DNA of 64,000 nt from an archaeon (GCA_043821585.1 JBDRCQ010000015.1:2909-66908), one strand, 5' to 3'; positions 37,802 through 47,118 are shown, counted from the stretch's first letter. Numbers and translations: made by a program. The notes: generated from the sequence alone by a model not told the origin.

Positions 37802-38491
37802 TTAACCTTTGATTAACGTCCCCTTAAAGTTTTTTCCCTTGAGGACTTTTGCAATATTGTTTAGTTCTGGGCCGAGTAGGTAAGTGGGTATCTTGTGCTT
37901 GAGGATTATCTTTGCTGCTTGTTGATCTAAAACAAAGTTTTGACCGTGTTTAAATTTTATTTTTGAGGCTTTTGCGTGGAAATCTTTCCAGGAGATTTCC
38001 GGGATGAGTTTGGCATCTTTGTGCTTTGTTGGATCTTTGTTGAAGAGGCCCGCTACATTTGTCAAGTTTATGAATCTTGCTTTTAGGTAATTTGCTAATT
38101 GGGCTGCCGTGCTGTCTGAAGTTGAGTTCGGGGCAAATCTTAATGCGCCGCAGATTACAAGGTCGTTTTTTGTTAGATTATTTTTGACTTGTTTCATGCT
38201 TTTAGGAAGTGCATCGTTTGCTTCTTTTCCAAACATCTGCATTATGAACTGTGCGTTTGTCCTTGTTGCGCGAATCCCTGCGTTTGCTAGCTCTTTTTCT
38301 GAACGATGTTCTGCTTTAAGGGCTGAGATGTATTTTCTTGCTATGACTCCACCGCCGCAGACGACTACGAATTTATGTGTGCTGTAGTGTTTTCTCAGGG
38401 TTTTTATGAATTTTATTAAAAATGGGGTGTTCATCTTATCTGGGACAATTAAAGACCCGCCCAAGGAGATCACAACTACTTCTTTTTTCAT
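37802..38491 (-). CDS. pyrH: uridylate (UMP) kinase
   Basis: VVISLGGSLI, VVVCGGG, amino-acid-kinase fold, archaeal length (229 aa). Confidence 0.8.
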   Translation of the reverse strand: MKKEVVVISLGGSLIVPDKMNTPFLIKFIKTLRKHYSTHKFVVVCGGGVIARKYISALKAEHRSEKELANAGIRATRTNAQFIMQMFGKEANDALPKSMKQVKNNLTKNDLVICGALRFAPNSTSDSTAAQLANYLKARFINLTNVAGLFNKDPTKHKDAKLIPEISWKDFHAKASKIKFKHGQNFVLDQQAAKIILKHKIPTYLLGPELNNIAKVLKGKNFKGTLIKG

Positions 38492-38587
38492 ATAAGGGAC
38501 TAAGCGGGGAAGTTTATTAATTTATTTACTTGCCTGGCTTGTTGTAATTTTATAATAGTTCTATTTAGAAAAATTTAAAAAAGGGGC

Positions 38588-39301
38588 TTGTTAGCTGGAA
38601 TTGTGGAAATAAACCATTACGAAGATGGCTCTCAGAATCCAAGTAGGCAGGATGAATTTTTGAGAGTTGTGGATATTCTTGAGCAAATTAGGGGGGCGGA
38701 TGGTGCTATTGTGGGAAAACTGGAAGGCCGGGTGAGTGAAGATTTAAAGGAAAGACTAAGGGACACTTATAAGCGGGCGGGCATGGACGTTAAGGATAGC
38801 CAGATTGATGCGGCTATTGAGCAACATAATTCGGGGAAGTGGGATTTTGAGCCGCCAGAGGGAGGAACAACTGTGGCAAGGTTGTATGTAAATCGGGGAA
38901 GGGTTTTCTGGAGGAGGATTGTCCCGGCTATTGCACTGGCAGGTGCTGCTTGGTTAGGTTGGACGGGTGTAAAGGCAGGCGTCAGAAATCATCATGAGGC
39001 TCAGGAAGCAACAGTAGAACAGGCGGTTGAGCAAGCCTATGAAGAGCGAGCGGAATTAGAACACTCTGTTGAGAGGATTCTATCTTCTCCGTTTGCTCTT
39101 GAGCTGCCTGAATCAGAATCAAGAAAATTGAACTTTGTTGTGGAGTCTGCCCAGGGACAGTTTGACGCAACAGACAATTTCTTTACAGAGTTTTGCCCAG
39201 AGGGCAAGGCGGATATTTTTGTTACAGCTGAGAATTATGCAGATGTGCGAGGCAGGCTTGAAAATACAGTGCAAATAATTTCTGGTGGGAAGGAGATTTA
39301 G
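38588..39301 (+). CDS. hypothetical protein with one central TM helix
   Basis: ORF. TM segment VPAIALAGAAWLGWTGV. First gene of a GC-richer four-gene block. Confidence 0.5.
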   Translation: MLAGIVEINHYEDGSQNPSRQDEFLRVVDILEQIRGADGAIVGKLEGRVSEDLKERLRDTYKRAGMDVKDSQIDAAIEQHNSGKWDFEPPEGGTTVARLYVNRGRVFWRRIVPAIALAGAAWLGWTGVKAGVRNHHEAQEATVEQAVEQAYEERAELEHSVERILSSPFALELPESESRKLNFVVESAQGQFDATDNFFTEFCPEGKADIFVTAENYADVRGRLENTVQIISGGKEI

Positions 39302-39318
39302 AGGGGGCAAGGAAACTT

Positions 39319-40155
39319 TTGAAAGATCATGAACAATATGGTGTTGTTGGCACTAGTCTAGACAACTTAATATCCCAGATCAGGCGCATGGAAGCTCCAG
39401 ATATTTTGAGAATGCGAGCGGAGATAGTTTATCAGGATGGAAGGGACAGTATTGAAAATAGGCAGCTTGATTCTGCACAAGCATCTAATAATCGATTGAT
39501 GGGGGCTGTTCAGGATTGCTCCGATTTTACAGACATTTCAGGAAGGGTTGACAAGGTATATGGTGTTGTTAAACAGATTGCTGCAGGAAAAGTAGAAAAA
39601 GGAAAAGTTGATGCATTGTACAGAGAGGTCATTGCTGCAGTTTCAACAGGGGAAGTTGAAAGACTGCGAGGTTCATTCTCTAGATTGGAAAATTATGGTG
39701 CCTTGCTGGGTCAAGAATTTAAGATGGTATTTCGTCAGGCACGCCATGAGGGCCAGATGAAAAATGGGGTTGATCGGTACTTTACTGGAGAGAGCGGCAA
39801 GAGGGAGAGCGGAGTTTATATGTTTTCAAGCGCATTTGGACAGAGTGATCAACCATTACGTGTAGACATATACAATGAGGAGACTCAAAGGACCGATGTT
39901 GTTGAAGTGTGGGGCGAAAAAGTTGGAACCAGCACGCGAGATCCCCTGCTGCAAAGGCTGCTTAATGATAAGAAAGACAATGGCCATATTGATAATAGCA
40001 GTCTTAGCGAGGATGAAATGGCTCGTGGGGTCCGTAATGTTGGAGATAACAGGGCCTTTGGGGAAAAGAAAAGGGGATATGAGAGTTTTATTATGTACTT
40101 GACTGATGATCGTGGGCAACCATTTGAAAGGACTGGACAAATTACACAATGGTGA
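39319..40155 (+). CDS. hypothetical protein (278 aa)
   Basis: ORF, same block. Confidence 0.5.
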   Translation: MKDHEQYGVVGTSLDNLISQIRRMEAPDILRMRAEIVYQDGRDSIENRQLDSAQASNNRLMGAVQDCSDFTDISGRVDKVYGVVKQIAAGKVEKGKVDALYREVIAAVSTGEVERLRGSFSRLENYGALLGQEFKMVFRQARHEGQMKNGVDRYFTGESGKRESGVYMFSSAFGQSDQPLRVDIYNEETQRTDVVEVWGEKVGTSTRDPLLQRLLNDKKDNGHIDNSSLSEDEMARGVRNVGDNRAFGEKKRGYESFIMYLTDDRGQPFERTGQITQW

Positions 40156-41546
40156 GTGGAAGCAGTGCCTTGAGCACATTAAGGGGAAAGATAGATGAAG
40201 TGGAAAGAGATCATGGTTTTGCTAGAAGATCTGTAGAAGAGGCTGAGCAGAAGTTGGAACAACTGAGGCGGCAACGAAATGATTCCTATGTAGAGCTCGC
40301 GCAGATTTACTTGCCCGAACTTGATGCACAAGCTGTCCAAAGCACATTGGAGGGGTTGCGTGATACTGCTCAGAGGGCTTTTGAAGCTAAACAGGACAGA
40401 ATGGGGGAGCTTGATAGGTTGATGCAAGAGAGTGCTGTTCGAAGAGATGAACTTGAGGGGAGACTTAATGAAATCGGTGGAAAGATTAAATCTCTTGCGA
40501 AAACTCGGGATGAAACTCAGGCAATAGTTGCCCAGGATCTTGGGGATAACCAGAGGTATCAACAATTAATTAAAACTGCAGATGGTGCAAAGGAACGCTT
40601 TGCGAGAAATAGGGCTCGAGCAGAGGTTTTTGAAAAAGATATTCGGGGAAAGATTAGAGAATATGAGGGCAATGAACTTTTCATGTATCTTGTTGGTAGA
40701 AGATTTGGCACGGAGGAGGCTAAGGGTAATTGGTTTACGCGTGCACTTGATTTGTTGGTAGCTCAACAGGTTAAATTTGGGAAGAATAAAGAGAACTATG
40801 ATTTCCTAGTAGCTATACCCGATAGGATCCAGGTAGAAATTAAGCGGCAAGAACAGGCTTTGGGAAATGCCACTGCTGAAATGGCCAGAATTGAGGAGGA
40901 TGCATCAGTTAGACATGGACTACCCCCAATTCTTGAGCAAGGTGCTTTGGCTTTAGAAACTCGAAATAATTTTCTTGAGGAGATTGATGCTAGCGAGAAC
41001 GCACGTGAAAAATATGAGGGAGCGAGAAGAGCGCTCGATACAACGCGTGGTGAATTTTACCAGGGCGTTGTTGGAGAGATTGCTTCTTATTTAGAGGGCC
41101 AGAGTATTGAAGAACTTCGGAAACGTGCTTTGGAAACGCCTGATCCGAGGGATGATCATATTGTGGAAAGGATTGATGGCCTCATTAGAACTATCTCTGC
41201 AGAAGAAGGAGACTTACCTGCTAAGAGAGAACAAGAACAAGAACTTTCAAGAAAACTGTGTGACTTGCGGGGAATCAAACAGAGGTTTGTAAATAAAGAT
41301 TATGAATCAGGTAGGTCGTATTTTGACGATGGCCTTGACTTTGATAGTTTACTATTAGGTTTTATGGCTGGAAGATTTTCTGCAACTAGCATTAATGGTT
41401 CGATTGATAATAGTCAGCATTTTAGGCCTAGGCCTTCTTATTCAAGTTCATCTAGTTCTTCTTCTTCTAGTATTTCTAGTAGTAGTTTCTCTAGTGGTAG
41501 CAGCGGTTTTGGAGGAGGTAGTTTCTCTAGTGGCAGCGGATTTTAG
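40149..41546 (+). CDS. hypothetical coiled-coil protein with poly-Ser/Gly C-terminal tail
   Basis: Extensive heptad-like charged helices. Tail SYSSSSSSSSSSISSSSFSSGSSGFGGGSFSSGSGF. 7-nt overlap with the upstream gene. Confidence 0.5.
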   Translation: MVSGSSALSTLRGKIDEVERDHGFARRSVEEAEQKLEQLRRQRNDSYVELAQIYLPELDAQAVQSTLEGLRDTAQRAFEAKQDRMGELDRLMQESAVRRDELEGRLNEIGGKIKSLAKTRDETQAIVAQDLGDNQRYQQLIKTADGAKERFARNRARAEVFEKDIRGKIREYEGNELFMYLVGRRFGTEEAKGNWFTRALDLLVAQQVKFGKNKENYDFLVAIPDRIQVEIKRQEQALGNATAEMARIEEDASVRHGLPPILEQGALALETRNNFLEEIDASENAREKYEGARRALDTTRGEFYQGVVGEIASYLEGQSIEELRKRALETPDPRDDHIVERIDGLIRTISAEEGDLPAKREQEQELSRKLCDLRGIKQRFVNKDYESGRSYFDDGLDFDSLLLGFMAGRFSATSINGSIDNSQHFRPRPSYSSSSSSSSSSISSSSFSSGSSGFGGGSFSSGSGF

Positions 41547-41610
41547 AATTTTCATTGGGCGAAGTGGTGAAAGGAAGCATGGTCTTGGGAATAGTAATTG
41601 TTTATAACTC

Positions 41611-42195
41611 TTGCATGTATTGAATTTCATGGCGAGAAGCAAGCCTCCAATGTTTACTGCATCTTTTCTTGCAGAGGAACTTGCAAGATACTGGGTTCAT
41701 GGTCAGCAGGCACCGTTAAAGGGATTCACTATTGCTCAGCTTCGTCCTGGTGAAGGGGTCGCGCCTTCTATAGACTTAGATCGGTCAAATGGGAGGGTTT
41801 TTGTTCATAGGGGGGAGGGTGATCAGATAATCTATTTTACGGATGTGGGCATCTCACAATACGTTTATGTTCATAATTTAGGGTTAAGGGTTAGGGACAC
41901 TAGGCGATTGGAAGATGCGTTGGTTCAGAGAATTGATGGGCTGTCTGGAGACCGGAGAGATAAATATCTTGCACAGTTTGATAAACCTATTGTGATTTCT
42001 GATACGGTGGAGTTTAAAGGATCTAATCACAATGGCTTGTCTGTAATGGCCCAGGTCTTTTCAGTGCCAAGGGGGCCACATCATAAGATTTCTAGCCGTC
42101 TTTTTGAGTATGGTTATAATGTTCTTGCCTTGCCTGCTTTTTGTGTCTTAAGTGGGAGGCCGCTTCCTGAGGCTGATGAGTGGAATGTGTTCTGA
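41611..42195 (+). CDS. hypothetical protein (194 aa)
   Basis: ORF, same block. Confidence 0.5.
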   Translation: MHVLNFMARSKPPMFTASFLAEELARYWVHGQQAPLKGFTIAQLRPGEGVAPSIDLDRSNGRVFVHRGEGDQIIYFTDVGISQYVYVHNLGLRVRDTRRLEDALVQRIDGLSGDRRDKYLAQFDKPIVISDTVEFKGSNHNGLSVMAQVFSVPRGPHHKISSRLFEYGYNVLALPAFCVLSGRPLPEADEWNVF

Positions 42196-42771
42196 TCATT
42201 TGAAAATTTCACCGTTTTCTTGGGACCACCAATGGACGTCTAAGATGTCTGCTTCAATGTTTAGCCTTTGAGCGTGCGCCAAGAAAATTTGTTCTACTTC
42301 TAAATAATGTCGCTGGTTTTTAATTTTTGGTTCTGGAATTAGGTTTAGTTCATGGAGGTTTTTTAGAATGTGCCTATCTAGGATTGCAATTTTGTTGTTA
42401 GAAATTCCGATGTTTCTCATAAAGTGGGATGCTTCTTTAAGTCCGTAGCCGTTGACTTGTTTTGCTATTTTGTTGCGTAACTTGAGGATATCTTTTTGTG
42501 ATAAAAGCGGTTTGATAACCTTCCAAGTTTCTTCTGCTTGTAAAATTCTCTTGGCTTTTGTGTGGTGAAAGCGTGTTTTGGTTGATAAGATTTCTGTTAT
42601 CTTTTTTTGTGTTGGGCTTTTTAATTTGGAAATTTCTTCTACTGCCTGCCAACATCTTTGTGCGTTAGATTGGGGCGTTAGAAGGCAGAATTGGAATTCT
42701 TTGAATTTTTGTTTTTCGTTTAATGATTTAAACTCTTCTAAACGTTTTCTTATCTGGTCCCTTTTATCCAT
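42196..42771 (-). CDS. ogg: N-glycosylase/DNA lyase (HhH-GPD superfamily, Ogg-like)
   Basis: VNGYGLKEASHFMRNIG (helix-hairpin-helix Gly/Pro loop), then the catalytic D in ILDRHI. Confidence 0.7.
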   Translation of the reverse strand: MDKRDQIRKRLEEFKSLNEKQKFKEFQFCLLTPQSNAQRCWQAVEEISKLKSPTQKKITEILSTKTRFHHTKAKRILQAEETWKVIKPLLSQKDILKLRNKIAKQVNGYGLKEASHFMRNIGISNNKIAILDRHILKNLHELNLIPEPKIKNQRHYLEVEQIFLAHAQRLNIEADILDVHWWSQENGEIFK

Positions 42772-42794
42772 AAGATTTTTTATTTTGAGAGGTA

Positions 42795-43487
42795 TTAAAA
42801 TCTTTGGAAGGGGTTGCGTTTTTGGATTACAAATCTGGTGCCTACGAAATCAGATACAACTGCCGTGACTACTAAGTCTTGGATTGCTGCGCGGAATACG
42901 CCGCTTGTTAGTGGGATACGGGTTTGATCAGAAACATTGTGCATTACCGCATTTATTTCTTCGTTCGTTAGGGTTACTGCGGAGGTTTGAACTGAGCCGC
43001 TGCGGTTTACAAGCAAATTCTTGTAAGGTCCTGGGCATTCTACACTAAACACCGAGGGGTCTATTAAGATTCCTGCGAGTTTTCCAAGATTTATTGTTTC
43101 TGGCTTTTGTCCAGGTCTAAGACTAGTTGGTTGGTAAGGTTGTTGCGGCAGAGGGAATGGACTATGTCTTGGAATAGGGATTCTTCCAGGAGAAGGGTGC
43201 ATTCTTGGTTCGACTACTCCGAAGTTCCTTCTGAATTGGTGTATCTCGTGTGGTTGTGGGGGTGGCAGTCCTGAGGTTTTTGGGAACAAATTCTCTCTTG
43301 AAAAATCTCTCATGGGCATTGCCCTGACTTTCTTTAGTTCTTCAGTCATGTCCGCAAGCTTGTCTTTTTGGAAACTCTCTTGAAGTTCCTTGTCTTTTTT
43401 CGGATCGTATGCGTTTATGACTAAGCTTCTAACAAAAGCTTCCAAGAAGTGTTCTCTCAATATTTGCCTTTGTTCTTTTTCTGGCAT
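42795..43487 (-). CDS. hypothetical protein (Pro-rich middle region)
   Basis: ORF only. Confidence 0.45.
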   Translation of the reverse strand: MPEKEQRQILREHFLEAFVRSLVINAYDPKKDKELQESFQKDKLADMTEELKKVRAMPMRDFSRENLFPKTSGLPPPQPHEIHQFRRNFGVVEPRMHPSPGRIPIPRHSPFPLPQQPYQPTSLRPGQKPETINLGKLAGILIDPSVFSVECPGPYKNLLVNRSGSVQTSAVTLTNEEINAVMHNVSDQTRIPLTSGVFRAAIQDLVVTAVVSDFVGTRFVIQKRNPFQRF

Positions 43488-43488
43488 T

Positions 43489-44064
43489 TTAGAAACGAGG
43501 TAGCGGCCTGTTGCGTGTTGTCATTGAAGGCGTGAATTGTTGCTCTTCAGGTTTTTTCTTTTCAGGAGCCGTTTTACTCGGAGTAGAATATATTCTTTCC
43601 CTCATTCTTTCTTCCATTAGAGTTAGACCTTTTGCAAGAGTTTTGTTTTGATCTAAGAGTTTGTCTATTTTTTCTAAGAACTCTTTATCTTTGGTGTATT
43701 GGTCATTCTCTGGAACGTTTTTAGCAAAGTTTCTTGCAGTCACTTCGAATAATGCTAGCAAGTGAGAGATCTCTTTAGCGAGGTGGGAGAATTTTTCGGA
43801 AAGATCTGTTTGTACCTTTTGCAGCTCCACGAGGTTTTTTAAGATTGCGTGTTCTATCTCTCTGTCTGCATGGGTTGTTTTGATGACTGTTCTCGGGTGG
43901 GCAATTGTTCTTACTGTGGCAACTTTTCTTTTTTTACGTTTTTTACGAGTTGTTTTCTTTTTTGCTTTTAGCTCAAGGACTATTGTGTCTTTGTCATCAC
44001 TTTTCTCCCTAGAACTAGTTGCTTTCTTCCTCTTTTTTGGCATGTTAGGTTTAGGCGGGGGCAA
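43489..44064 (-). CDS. hypothetical Lys-rich coiled-coil protein
   Basis: ORF. N-terminus KKRKKATSS...KKKTTRKKRKKRK. Confidence 0.45.
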   Translation of the reverse strand: MPPPKPNMPKKRKKATSSREKSDDKDTIVLELKAKKKTTRKKRKKRKVATVRTIAHPRTVIKTTHADREIEHAILKNLVELQKVQTDLSEKFSHLAKEISHLLALFEVTARNFAKNVPENDQYTKDKEFLEKIDKLLDQNKTLAKGLTLMEERMRERIYSTPSKTAPEKKKPEEQQFTPSMTTRNRPLPRF

Positions 44065-44103
44065 TTTATAAATGTTTTTAAGTTTGAGAAGTTTCCTTTT
44101 TGC

Positions 44104-44487
44104 ATGAAAGTTCTGTCTTTGAAACAGCCGTTTGCGGAATTGATCTTGCAGGGTCGAAAAACTATGGACCTTAGGAAATGGAATACTCTGTTTCGGGGAG
44201 AATTTTTAATACATGCTTCGAAAGTTTCCGATAGCGTTTCAATGAGAAAATTTGGTTTCACAGATTTACCGACGGGGCGTATTGTAGGGCAAGCTTGCTT
44301 GAGAAATGTTGTTAAATACGTATCGGACGAAGATTTAGGGCGGGATAAAAGTAGACATTTAGCTTCGTCTGATTGGGGGCGATATGGCTTTGTCTTAAGC
44401 GACGTTCAAAGAGTGGAAGAAGTTGAAGTTAATGGGGCGTTGCGTTTTTGGGAATATCTGGGAGTGGTAAAGCTTAAAACTGGTTAG
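44104..44487 (+). CDS. ASCH-domain protein
   Basis: MKVLSLKQPFAELILQGRKTMDLRKW is the N-terminal ASCH signature. Confidence 0.7.
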   Translation: MKVLSLKQPFAELILQGRKTMDLRKWNTLFRGEFLIHASKVSDSVSMRKFGFTDLPTGRIVGQACLRNVVKYVSDEDLGRDKSRHLASSDWGRYGFVLSDVQRVEEVEVNGALRFWEYLGVVKLKTG

Positions 44488-44503
44488 ATATTTGAGAATG
44501 TGT

Positions 44504-44574
44504 GGGTGCGTAGTATAATGGTAGAATATCTGCCTCCAGAGCAGAGGACGGGGGTTCGATTCCCTCCGCGCCCA
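44504..44574 (+). tRNA. tRNA-Trp (anticodon CCA)
   Basis: Acceptor GGGTGCG/CGCGCCC (G-U at 4-69) plus A73. Anticodon arm TCTGC-CTCCAGA-GCAGA. T-arm GGGGG-TTCGATT-CCCTC. D-stem is weak (GTAT/GAAT). Confidence 0.65.
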
Positions 44575-44582
44575 TTCATTAC

Positions 44583-44660
44583 ATTGGAAGTTTTTTAAAC
44601 TTTAAGTTATGTAAATAATCATATACTCCCAGGATTGACTTTGTGCAACCCTGGGTTTTT
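44583..44660 (+). repeat. ~78-bp conserved element, copy A (GGAAGTTTTTTAAACTT...CATATAC.CCCAGGATTG...TGCAA.CCTGGG)
   Basis: About 75% identical to 45232-45310. Contains the hairpin CCCAGG-N13-CCTGGG. Starts 9 nt after tRNA-Trp. Confidence 0.55.
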
Positions 44661-44808
44661 ATATCTAAAATTTTATTAAGTTATAATTGCTTCATTCTTG
44701 ATTAGGTTTCTAATTGAGCTTTTTCTTTAATGGTCTTTGTGCCCATATCTGAAGATGGTAAATAATCAGATGGTTTTCTATAAAATTAGATTTCTATAAA
44801 CTTAATAG

Positions 44809-45114
44809 TCATACAAGTTCTTCTACAAACTCTTCTTTTTTAGATAAGTTCGCTCTGTATACTCTAGGGAAACCATTTCCTCTACTAAATTTCACTCTTT
44901 GAACAAAACCCCTTTCAACGTAAGGTTCAAGAAAACTATGTATTTCACTTTCATGCCCTCTTGTTCGAGGTTCAGGATTATCGTAGTTCCAAACAATTTC
45001 AGATGGATTAAAATATCTTTCCGGATCATCTATAGTTTCAGTTAGTTTCACTAAGGATGTGAGCATTTTTCTTTGAATTTCATTTGTTTCTTGAGTTATC
45101 TTCATAGAAACCAC
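44809..45114 (-). CDS. hypothetical protein (101 aa)
   Basis: ORF only. Confidence 0.35.
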   Translation of the reverse strand: MVSMKITQETNEIQRKMLTSLVKLTETIDDPERYFNPSEIVWNYDNPEPRTRGHESEIHSFLEPYVERGFVQRVKFSRGNGFPRVYRANLSKKEEFVEELV

Positions 45115-45231
45115 ACTAATTAACTCTATAAAAACCTATAGATAGTAAAAAACTAAGTGATCACTTCTCCTATCACTAGTTCTCTAACGAACTTTTTCCT
45201 GTAATGGTTTTCACTAAAAACTAGATAACGG

Positions 45232-45310
45232 AAGTTTTTTAAACTTCAAACCATGTGGACAAGCATATACCCCCCAGGATTGCACTGCAAGCCTGGGCTT
45301 ATTTTTTCAT
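45232..45310 (+). repeat. ~78-bp conserved element, copy B, forming the 5' leader of the NYN paralog
   Basis: See copy A. Ends at the ATG (45309) of the NYN gene. Confidence 0.55.
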
Positions 45311-45857
45311 GATTGACAAAGAAAGAGTTGCGGTTTTTATTGACGGAAGCAATCATTACCATGTTGTAAAAAGTCTAATAAAAAGTTCCAAGAAAATGAT
45401 GGAATTTAATTTTCAAAAATTTGTTGCAAGTCTTATAAAAGATAGAACGTTCGTAAGAACATATTATTATACTGCTCCTTTAGACTGGAAAAAAAATCCA
45501 AAGACTTATGCAAAACAACAGCAATTTTTTGAGAAGCTCGAATCTTTACCAGATTTTAAACTTGTATTATGCAGAATGCAAAAAGTGAAAATTGACGGAA
45601 AGACAATTTATCAGGTTAAGGAAGATGATATTCATCTTGCCGTTGACATGGTCAAGCTAGCCTATAATAACGCTTACGACACGGCAGTTTTGGTGTCTTC
45701 CGATGGTGACTTTGTTCCAGCGATTTTGGCTGCAAAAGAGATAGGGAAGAGGATTGAAAATATTGGGTTCGAAACAAAGTTTTCATATCATCTGAAGCAG
45801 GTGTGTGACAGATTCAGGAGATTGAAGAGGGAAGAAGTTGAAACGTTCTTCGATTAA
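45309..45857 (+). CDS. NYN-domain (LabA/PIN-like) protein, paralog 2
   Basis: MIDKERVAVFIDGSNHYH...DDIHLAVDMV...AVLVSSDGDF is collinear with the NYN protein at 22652-23200. The track ORF starts at a GTG (45255) inside the conserved leader, which is less likely. Confidence 0.7.
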   Translation: MIDKERVAVFIDGSNHYHVVKSLIKSSKKMMEFNFQKFVASLIKDRTFVRTYYYTAPLDWKKNPKTYAKQQQFFEKLESLPDFKLVLCRMQKVKIDGKTIYQVKEDDIHLAVDMVKLAYNNAYDTAVLVSSDGDFVPAILAAKEIGKRIENIGFETKFSYHLKQVCDRFRRLKREEVETFFD

Positions 45858-46116
45858 TTTTCTAACAAACCTTTTTCTATAATTGTCTCCGCGTCCACTT
45901 CAGGAATCAAACGGAATTAAATCCCAATGCCACGTCTAAGCTTATCAATCAACTAGAACAAGTTTCTAATTACTTACTGCTCTCTCTTCTGGATTGTGTA
46001 GGCGCACTTACTGCACTTCCACTTTTCGAAAACATCCTCTTTGTAAGAGAAAGGTAATAGAACTCCCTCCCCGCACTCTGGACATTTTGGAAAAATTCCC
46101 ATGTCTTTGCTTTCCA

Positions 46117-46292
46117 TAACTGTTTGTGGGAAGAAGGGCTTTTAAGTTTTGCGGATTTGATCTGAGGTGAAATTGGACGCTTCGCGTCTTGTTATATCAT
46201 TCGCTATGCTCGCGAATTATCGTACCACCACCCCCGAAGGACCGAGGGACGAGAGGGTTTGGTAAACCTCAATCTCCTGCTTTTTCAACAGA
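46117..46292. mobile_element. degenerate third copy of the MITE-like element
   Basis: Left end AACTGTTTGTGGG (compare TTCTGTTGACGGG) and right end TTTTTCAACAGAACTCTG. Internal CGCTTCGC..GTTAT...CGCG resembles copy 2. Confidence 0.3.
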
Positions 46293-46334
46293 ACTCTGCT
46301 TGTGGAAAAGTTTTAAAAGCGAGTTTGGTGCGAA

Positions 46335-47096
46335 TTGTTTATGGTACTGATAGACATTCACCTTGAAGGGATCAAGAAAGAACGTTTCTTTGATAATGAT
46401 CCGACGAAGTTACTTAGAGAGATATTGACTAGAAATGTGCCTGTTGTGCTTTCTTTACCGCCGTGGATGGAAAATTATTGGATGGAGTCTGAGAAGGGAC
46501 CTGAGACTATTGAGCTGGCGCGAGAGGTTGTTAAAAGGCCTGGAAGTTTCCTTGGACAGCAAGGGAATATGCATCGGTGTAGTTATCCGCATGGGTTAGT
46601 TGATCCCTGGCATGAGAATTACTGTCTTTGGGGCCCTAGAAAGAGTGCTAAGGAACAGAGGAATTTTATGACTGAGGGGAGGGATAGATTGAGTGAGTTT
46701 ATGGATGTCGAGCCGAAAGTGTATTGTCCGCCTAATCATTTGTGGGATAATACTACATTGCATGTGGCAGATGAAATGGGCTATACTCATGTAACTGATA
46801 AGGCGATGATTCCGTTGGCACCGTATCGATTCGGGGGTTTGATTGTTGTTCCTGAAGGGGATATGCGGAAAGGAGATTTTATGAATGCTGCAGCTTATAT
46901 TCATTATGATGAATTGGATAGCCATAGGGAATTTTATAGGCAGGCGATGCAGGGTTCTATATCGCTTGCAGACATTACTCCGGAAAGAGTTTCTCAAAAG
47001 TTGATTGACAGGAATCGGAGAATGAAACATATGCATAAGATTGCAAGAGATCTTGTTAGGATGCCCCAGACTGCTTGGAGAACCTTAAGGAGTTAG
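46335..47096 (+). CDS. hypothetical protein (253 aa)
   Basis: ORF. Several conserved-looking His/Cys/Trp positions but no assignable family. Confidence 0.5.
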   Translation: MFMVLIDIHLEGIKKERFFDNDPTKLLREILTRNVPVVLSLPPWMENYWMESEKGPETIELAREVVKRPGSFLGQQGNMHRCSYPHGLVDPWHENYCLWGPRKSAKEQRNFMTEGRDRLSEFMDVEPKVYCPPNHLWDNTTLHVADEMGYTHVTDKAMIPLAPYRFGGLIVVPEGDMRKGDFMNAAAYIHYDELDSHREFYRQAMQGSISLADITPERVSQKLIDRNRRMKHMHKIARDLVRMPQTAWRTLRS

Positions 47097-47118
47097 TTTT
47101 TTAAATCAATTTTTCTAA

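Noticed and set aside
45255-45308. GTG-initiated N-terminal extension (VDKHIPPRIALQAWAYFF) of NYN paralog 2
   Set aside because: It coincides with the conserved hairpin element also found non-coding at 44583. The paralog's conserved N-terminus (M-x-x-x-R-V-A-V-F-I-D-G) begins at the ATG at 45309.
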